A stretch of 64,000 bases of DNA from Octopus vulgaris. Lineage: Eukaryota. Shown piece after piece: positions 61,001 to 64,000 of this stretch. Under the pieces are notes generated by a model. It was given only the letters and a program-made list of their open reading frames with translations, did not search any database and was not told the origin of the DNA. The stretch spans positions 47,368,001-47,432,000 of the forward strand of contig OX597819.1 of NCBI GenBank assembly GCA_951406725.2, given 5' to 3'. Positions within the stretch are counted from its first letter, which is position 1. Each line of letters begins with the position of its first letter. The translations under genes and the position numbers were made by a program.

Positions 61001-62710
61001 TGTGTGTGAATGTAAATGAAAGTTAACATCCCATGGTTTTACTTCAATAAAACAGTGAATGATGTTTACATTCCTCATTGATGATTACAACTGGTTATCC
61101 TGAACTTTCAAAGAGCTGTGGAATAAAGAAATCCTTTACTTGAAAAACAAGTAAGGTTGGCAACAGGAAGAGAATCTGGCCACAAATGCATCCCTATCCA
61201 ATTCATGCCAGCATAGAAAAATGAATGCTAAATGAACAAACATTCAAACAAATAAAAATCTGTTTCAGTTAATGATTTTTCAATGAATTAATACATACAA
61301 CTTAATGAAATACAGCATGTGTGTTAGCTGAATATAATTCACCCATTGGCCTGATTTTTGATACCCTTTCCTTATCCTTCTAGCCAGGGTCTATAAGAAG
61401 TAGGTTCAGCTTTTTTGTTAGTCTAAACAGGGCTGGATTAAGACCCATTGAGGCCTTAATCACTTAAAAGATTTTGGTGCTCCCATATATATGTAAACAA
61501 TTGCAGCGTGGAAGGTGTTTGTAAGCCATTTAAGAAACACACAAAAGCCGTTCGATTCACTTCAACATTTAAGTTTAATTTGTCAAAATATTTTCGTCGC
61601 TTTAAGACTGCAACCTGTTCACTGACAAAAATTCGTGCTGCATCTCATTTTTGTCAGTGAACAGGTTGCGGTCTTAAAGCGACGAAAATATTTTGACAAA
61701 TTAAACTTAAATGTTGAAGTGAATCGAACGGCTTTTGAGTGTTTCTTAAATGGCCTACAAACACCTTCCACACTGCAATTGTTTTCGTTTCAGCACACGA
61801 TCTCAGATCAAATCACTTGCTACGCAAGTACATCTACATATATATGTAATTGAAAATATAAACAATAATAAACCATAAAATAAATGTTTATTTTTCAAAA
61901 TGAAATAAAATTAACAGTAAGAGGGAAAATATAATTTTTTTTGCCTACTTCCACTTCATTAATATTTGAAAAGTTTTCTACTTTTTTAAATGCAAATTCT
62001 TGGATCAGCTCCTCACACTGACACAAGCACTTTGAAATTATATTTCTGATCATACAAACTACTTTGAATATCATTTTAGCAAGTTTGAAGTGATTTCTTT
62101 TGTGCCATAAACCATTTACCATTTCTATGGTGCCCCCTTTTCTTTGATGCCCTAAGGAAATGCTTATTTTGTTAAATGGTTAATCCAGCCCTGAATCTAG
62201 AGCACAGAGAGCCAAGATGGGCCCCCATGATTACCTGTCTAGGGCTTATTTGATTCTCCAATTCTTTTGGGAATTACAGAAACAAATAAGGTCCAGTCAA
62301 GTACTGGGGATCAAATTTATCAGTTACTCTACCAAGAGTAGATATTTTATGAGTTATTAGAATAAACATACCTGAAGGACAGACGTATTCGGAGTGAGTA
62401 ATTTCTTGTAAGAAACCTTTTGGCTGAAGAAATGAAGAAAAAATAAGATTAAAAAACTTCATGTAAAATTGGTACCAGATATATAGTAAAAATAAGTAAG
62501 TAATCCTCTATTTAAATTACAAAAATAGAAAAAAAAAACTTGATTTTTGGTTTTGAAGTGAGTGGTGAAAAAAAAATCAACAAATTATAAGAAATTAATA
62601 TTACTTACCCTCATATTGATGAAAGCAGAGCTGGAATCAATCATTCCAATATAACGAGAATCGACAGTCTTTTTACTACATCTTCTATTATTAGGCAAAA
62701 TAGATTTACC
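29882..62710 (-). CDS. Alpha-2-macroglobulin/TEP-superfamily protein (thioester-less), spliced, 5'-partial: 17 exons, ~836 aa covering MG7/CUB, TED, MG8/receptor-binding domain, S/T-rich linker and NTR-like C-terminus
   Basis: Motifs PKG..EITHS, LPKDTVPGS, YQQQMNYIHKDGSFSIFG, LLTAFVL, WLRDQQLENGCF, IEATSYALL, WLTKQRKPMGGF, GRGCGIIQ, MEVKMLTGWIP, VYLYFDE, VVYDYYD follow A2M/TEP order. All GT-AG introns with consistent phase and no in-frame stop until TGA 29884-29882. Confidence 0.93.
30482..30890 (+). mobile_element. tRNA-derived SINE family A with internal (GT/AT)n, best copy
   Basis: A-box tggctgtgtgg, B-box ggttcagttcc, body ...ttgggcaagtgtcttc...gacggaaactgaaagaagcc..., tail gtgctccagcatggccgcagtcaaatga; many other copies. 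Confidence 0.85.
31866..32009 (-). CDS. TEP exon (V-YKISSGKNKEHLIRVMADLRPLKK...KSCECACIKER-G)
   Basis: tcatag/gtaagg; CxC motif. Confidence 0.82.
34057..34123 (-). CDS. TEP exon (NCPVCWDNVPKDYHKLFCNAVE-V)
   Basis: taacag/gtaaat; Cys-rich start of the C-terminal module. Confidence 0.82.
35161..35858 (-). mobile_element. Non-autonomous pogo/Tigger (POGK-like) derivative
   Basis: TA flanks; TIRs CCGTAAAT..TCGAGTATA.TCCGC; ORF 35507-35316 encodes a Brinker-type DNA-binding segment (RSYSAMFK..VILYAEEHGNRAAG.KFDVDESNVRLWR). Confidence 0.88.
35980..36257 (-). CDS. TEP Ser/Thr-rich linker exon (E-TASSITENQQSESAIVPNDTQTINTANSTFNATS...NLSKNHKKK)
   Basis: tttcag/gtaagc; open 278 nt, phase 1-0 fits both neighbours. 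Confidence 0.8.
37208..37842 (+). mobile_element. Second, diverged tRNA-head + hammerhead element with an inverted partial tail
   Basis: A/B-box-like motifs at 37648 and 37701; CAC-CTGAAGA-AGGTTG..CAGCC-AAAAC-ATA-GTG at 37744-37785; inverted tail 37208-37292 keeps GAAAC. Confidence 0.55.
37298..37562. mobile_element. Mariner-type MITE
   Basis: Imperfect TIRs gagggtactgaaaagttcctggcttt / aaagacaagaacttttcaatacccc. Confidence 0.6.
37843..38226 (-). mobile_element. RTE 3'-end fragment with internal ~59-bp tandem units
   Basis: Matches 181-460; repeated gtgcttttacgtgccacc...aagccagtcaaggcggcgctggcatcggccacgtt. Confidence 0.85.
38345..38568. mobile_element. TTAA-flanked ~220-bp MITE (piggyBac-like), representative copy
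   Basis: TTAACCCTTTAGCATT...TAAAGGGTTAA termini; other copies at ~10236-10452, 12172-12390, 20470-21128 (interrupted), 26920-27295, 34790-34998, 51183-51377. Confidence 0.8.
39581..39769 (-). CDS. TEP exon (D-VIGHTLYGVKTTCGTKEELP...MNAAA-E)
   Basis: ttccag/gtatgt; open, phase 1-1. Confidence 0.85.
39975..41340 (+). mobile_element. Fragments of RLE-type (R4/Dong-like) non-LTR retrotransposons around (AAT)n tracts
   Basis: IGALGMIKKHTDKYI (~39980), ALLETAQILWKVLE (~40694), NKPDIIIRD..IVIDVNCP (~41065); a ~520-bp repeat body flanked by (AAT)n at 40070-40135 and 40655-40692. Confidence 0.55.
41636..41849 (+). mobile_element. SINE family B copy nested in the head of a family A SINE
   Basis: 18-bp TSD tattgactgt(g/a)tggttaa at 41618 and 41850; other copies ~5665-5833, 36445-36642(-), 40790-41000(-), 43679-43895, 44125-44345(-), 47163-47575 (two in tandem), 59405-59620(-). 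Confidence 0.82.
42486..42585 (-). CDS. TEP exon (MNKTAKCIEIEIEQVLALSSLPAGVVVYDYYDR-D)
   Basis: gtaaag/gtcagt; PAxVxVYDYY motif. Confidence 0.88.
42805..42930 (+). mobile_element. Internal RTE ORF fragment
   Basis: KEA*KCYYERLLDEENGWEKEGPAIQIDCSMVDRAIK, the region preceding the RTE RT. Confidence 0.6.
42931..43387 (+). mobile_element. Possible solo LTR
   Basis: TGTGAAG...CTTTACA imperfect inverted termini, internal AATAAA at ~43258, higher GC than flanks; no clear TSD. Confidence 0.35.
43518..43592 (-). CDS. TEP exon (PKHTEKVGVKKYEMTEDYVYLYFDE)
   Basis: tttcag/gtaagt; VKxxE....VxLYFD motif. Confidence 0.9.
45132..46055 (+). mobile_element. Internally deleted mariner element
   Basis: TA flanks; TIRs TTGGGTCATTCCATAAGTAATG / CATTATTTATGGGATGACCTAA; N-terminal MEVTKEHIWHILLYEF...QCQRWF; C-terminal HPPY..DVAPSDYHLF. 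Confidence 0.9.
46302..46386 (-). CDS. TEP receptor-binding (MG8) exon (R-YTGRSEKTNIVIMEVKMLTGWIPQQIVD)
   Basis: taatag/gtgagt; matches A2M YTG...SNMAIxxVKMxSGFxP. Confidence 0.92.
46679..47040 (-). mobile_element. Non-autonomous Helentron/Helitron2-like element (HINE-like)
   Basis: ACCTCCGCC sub-terminal repeats; one end forms the hairpin acctccgcctttgctaaggcagag; other end gccttggcggaggtttgcgctctctgagtgctc; TT/AA flanks. Confidence 0.6.
47940..48055 (-). CDS. TEP exon (TSLTYNVLNLKQEQSFHLRVSVENTYNNCAERKLKICS-R)
   Basis: tttaag/gttagt; YN..F.L.V....C......C pattern. Confidence 0.85.
48232..48712. repeat. Degenerate (TATG/CATG)n alternating purine-pyrimidine microsatellite
   Basis: Direct reading; source of several spurious ORFs. 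Confidence 0.9.
48787..49005 (-). CDS. TEP exon (DSVIAFQAISQY...AEGRGCGIIQ)
   Basis: tttcag/gtaaac; DTVxAxQAL and GxGCxxxQ motifs. Confidence 0.92.
49471..49658 (-). CDS. TEP TED exon (G-EETFW...IEATSYALLSLL...WLTKQRKPMGGFMAAK)
   Basis: ttacag/gttttt; ExTSYALL and WLxxQRxxxGGF motifs. Confidence 0.93.
49933..50072. repeat. Near-perfect palindrome, ~69-bp arms
   Basis: tatttatattaagggcattac...aaaattac-ca-gtagttttg...cccttgatataaata; 3 mismatches. Confidence 0.9.
50660..50800 (+). mobile_element. RTE (BovB/Expander-like) 5' UTR fragment
   Basis: catcgtggtgggg...gagctatgtcgtcggg...cctggtagggccacccaaggcag resembles the conserved RTE 5' leader. Confidence 0.55.
52357..52516 (-). CDS. TEP TED exon (DLIIDKGLNCLRSHDYEDIYMLSLYAYVFTLYG...KVL-G)
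   Basis: ttttag/gtaat; CL....Y..AL.AY.F.L pattern; not in ORF track. Confidence 0.9.
52840..53120 (+). mobile_element. RTE ORF fragment plus RTE tail
   Basis: PILQEEIEEIVYMLKDRKSPRVSNIPSELIKHGG (KAPGxDxIPxELxK-like), then ggacgttaaatgatgat. Confidence 0.65.
54017..55646 (+). mobile_element. Full-length defective Tc1 DNA transposon (IR/DR type, DD34E)
   Basis: TA flanks; ~224-bp TIRs (CAGTGGCGGCCAAAATG...), each with outer and inner direct repeats; internal transposase. Confidence 0.95.
54359..55376 (+). pseudogene. Tc1 transposase pseudogene
   Basis: GRPRKTT, FSDESKF, GGGSVMVWG, MHDNAPCH-(34 aa)-E in SPDLNPIEN; +1 frameshift near 54656 and in-frame TGA at 54978 and ~55062. Confidence 0.93.
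56225..56350 (+). ncRNA. Candidate type I hammerhead ribozyme with long stem II
   Basis: CTGACGA 56229-35, AGCC/GGCT stem II, GAAA 56333-36, TAGCTG-TA; stem I weak. Confidence 0.45.
56975..57294 (-). CDS. TEP TED exon (C-YQQQMNYIHKDGSFSIFG...ALLEFGTPQH)
   Basis: caacag/gtatgt; DGSxSxFG, LTAFV, WLxxxQxxxGCF motifs. Confidence 0.95.
57951..58006 (+). ncRNA. Candidate type I hammerhead ribozyme
   Basis: CCA-CTGATGA-A-GGC...GCC-A-GAAA-TCC(A)GGA-TC-TGG. Confidence 0.5.
58325..58501 (-). CDS. TEP exon with degenerate thioester site (G-NMLWPGLSSLENIVNDPITNGEGNILSLAATIFVMDFL...)
   Basis: ttctag/gtatga; aligns to the LLxMPxGCGEQNMxxFAPNIYVLDYL segment of A2M. Confidence 0.9.
60129..60221 (-). CDS. 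TEP exon (E-DHGGNYVNILSTELPKDTVPGSVKAEINMF-G)
   Basis: tttcag/gtaat; LPxxxVPGS motif preceding the TED. Confidence 0.9.
61428..62193. mobile_element. hAT-type MITE containing the 61.5-kb palindrome
   Basis: TIRs CAGGGCTGGATTAA / TTAATCCAGCCCTG; degenerate 8-bp TSD agtctaaa/aatctaga. Confidence 0.65.
61495..61784. repeat. Near-perfect inverted repeat, 138-bp arms and 14-nt spacer
   Basis: Arms 61495-61632 and 61647-61784 with about 4 mismatches; related shorter hairpin at ~3170-3300. Confidence 0.92.
62372..62423 (-). CDS. TEP exon (PKGFLQEITHSEYVCPS-E)
   Basis: cttcag/gtatgt; PEG..E..S..C-type motif. Confidence 0.88.
62609..62710 (-). CDS. TEP exon (GKSILPNNRRCSKKTVDSRYIGMIDSSSAFINMR)
   Basis: ttgcag/gtaagt on - strand; open 102 nt, phase 0-0. 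Confidence 0.8.
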
Positions 62711-63427
62711 CTGCAAACAAAGTGTTTAGACAAAAATATATCACGTTATTCATATCTTTTGAATAGGGAACCTCAGATAAAAACAATGTTTCCTAAGTTA
62801 GTCAGCAGGTAGGGGCATTGCCTAAAATCTTTTTTAGATCCTCCCAGAGTAGTGAATTTGATACAGCTAATTCCTAGTCTGATTACCTGCAGGAAAACAT
62901 GGACATGGAGAAACAACTGTGGATCAAATTTGAATGTTCACGGTAAAGTGCATTCTACTAAAGACACCAAAGGATCAGGTAATGGTGTTAATCTAAGTTG
63001 TGGGTTAGGATATGATTACAAATTAAATCTTTATTTTTTTTAGGCGAACAGTCCAGAAACTTTAGTGAGTTATATTTCAGTAAAAGCTTTTCTATAGTTA
63101 TGGGAAATTATACACATGTCTTTCCAAATTCAATGATATTTTTCGATATTAGTGTGCTACATAGAAGATATCTATAGCTGTTTTAGTTGTTGTGGTGTAG
63201 CTCCATTTCAACTCTGCCAAAACAAATGTGGTAAACAAGTAATTCCCCTAATGATGAAGTGTGACTCCATAGCTCTGTTGTTTCGGATACACCATACGTC
63301 TCTCTAGTTGAGATATATTCTAAACACTTTGACATGCAGTGATCGATTGAATGAGATATAGTGTGACAATATAGATGTGTATTCTCTCTACTGTACAATC
63401 TATTTTTGTATGATTGATGATGCTGGA

Positions 63428-63554
63428 AGGCAAGATGGACTTGGAAACAGGTAAAGTAAACTTGGAAGTAGGCAAGATGGATTTGGAAACAGCAATTTGG
63501 GCTTGGATGTAGGCAAGGTGGACTTGGAGACAGGTAAAACAAACTTGGAGGTAG
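63428..63554. repeat. Degenerate 21-bp tandem repeat (~6 units)
   Basis: aggcaagatggacttggaaac / aggtaaagtaaacttggaagt alternating units. Confidence 0.8.
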
Positions 63555-64000
63555 TTGCTATGCCATTCCACTGAAGTGGTTGATCAAGAGAATGGAGATC
63601 TCTAGAAAAAAAGTTGTTACATTTATTCTTGGGAGCCAATTCCCATCCTCATACAAATTAAAATGTGTTTGTGAAAATTATGAATTAAAAACAAAAACAA
63701 AAACAAAAACAATGTAGCACCATTAACTTACAGGAACAGTTTTCACAATCAGAATTGTTAAAGCATGGAACAAAATACCACAACCATTGTTAGCAGTTAG
63801 AATACTATATCCCTTAAAAATTCTATGCTTTCTGAAATTTGCCAACATCTAGCATGCTTATGTATCTTTTCCTCTTTAAGGCTCTTTCACTGTTTAATTT
63901 TCTTCTTGTGTCTTATCTGGTGTACTATGCATATACTTTTAGCTATTATTGCTGTTTTCCTTTCTTTACTTGACTTATCGCAGCTTTCAATCACCTCTTT

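Noticed and set aside
62887-62992. Possible further TEP exon ending in CAG|GTAATC
   Set aside because: Stops in all three frames from the nearest plausible acceptor; no TEP-like peptide.

Overview
AT-rich, intron- and repeat-rich animal genomic DNA. The SINE/RTE/microsatellite landscape looks like an octopus (coleoid cephalopod) genome, which is inferred from repeat recognition, not proven. Two spliced protein-coding genes converge tail-to-tail. (1) On +, a family I soluble inorganic pyrophosphatase (PPA1-like): 11 exons at 4389-26506, first exon not found in the window, with a candidate alternative last exon giving a new C-terminus ...KLKSAL. (2) On -, the 3' ~836 codons (17 exons, 62710-29882) of an alpha-2-macroglobulin/TEP-family protein. 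Its thioester motif GCGEQ is replaced by TNGEG, and it ends in a Ser/Thr-rich linker plus a basic Cys-containing NTR/C345C-like module. All exons were read by hand with GT-AG boundaries and consistent phases. Introns hold a 5'-truncated RTE LINE, a full-length defective IR/DR Tc1, deleted mariner and pogo elements, TTAA and hAT MITEs, a Helentron-like element and several tRNA-derived SINE families. Most notable non-coding signal: several Penelope-type hammerhead ribozyme motifs, including two related elements built as [inverted tail]-[tRNA-like Pol III head]-[hammerhead]-[tail], plus long near-perfect hairpins. Most ORFs in the supplied track are spurious repeat ORFs.
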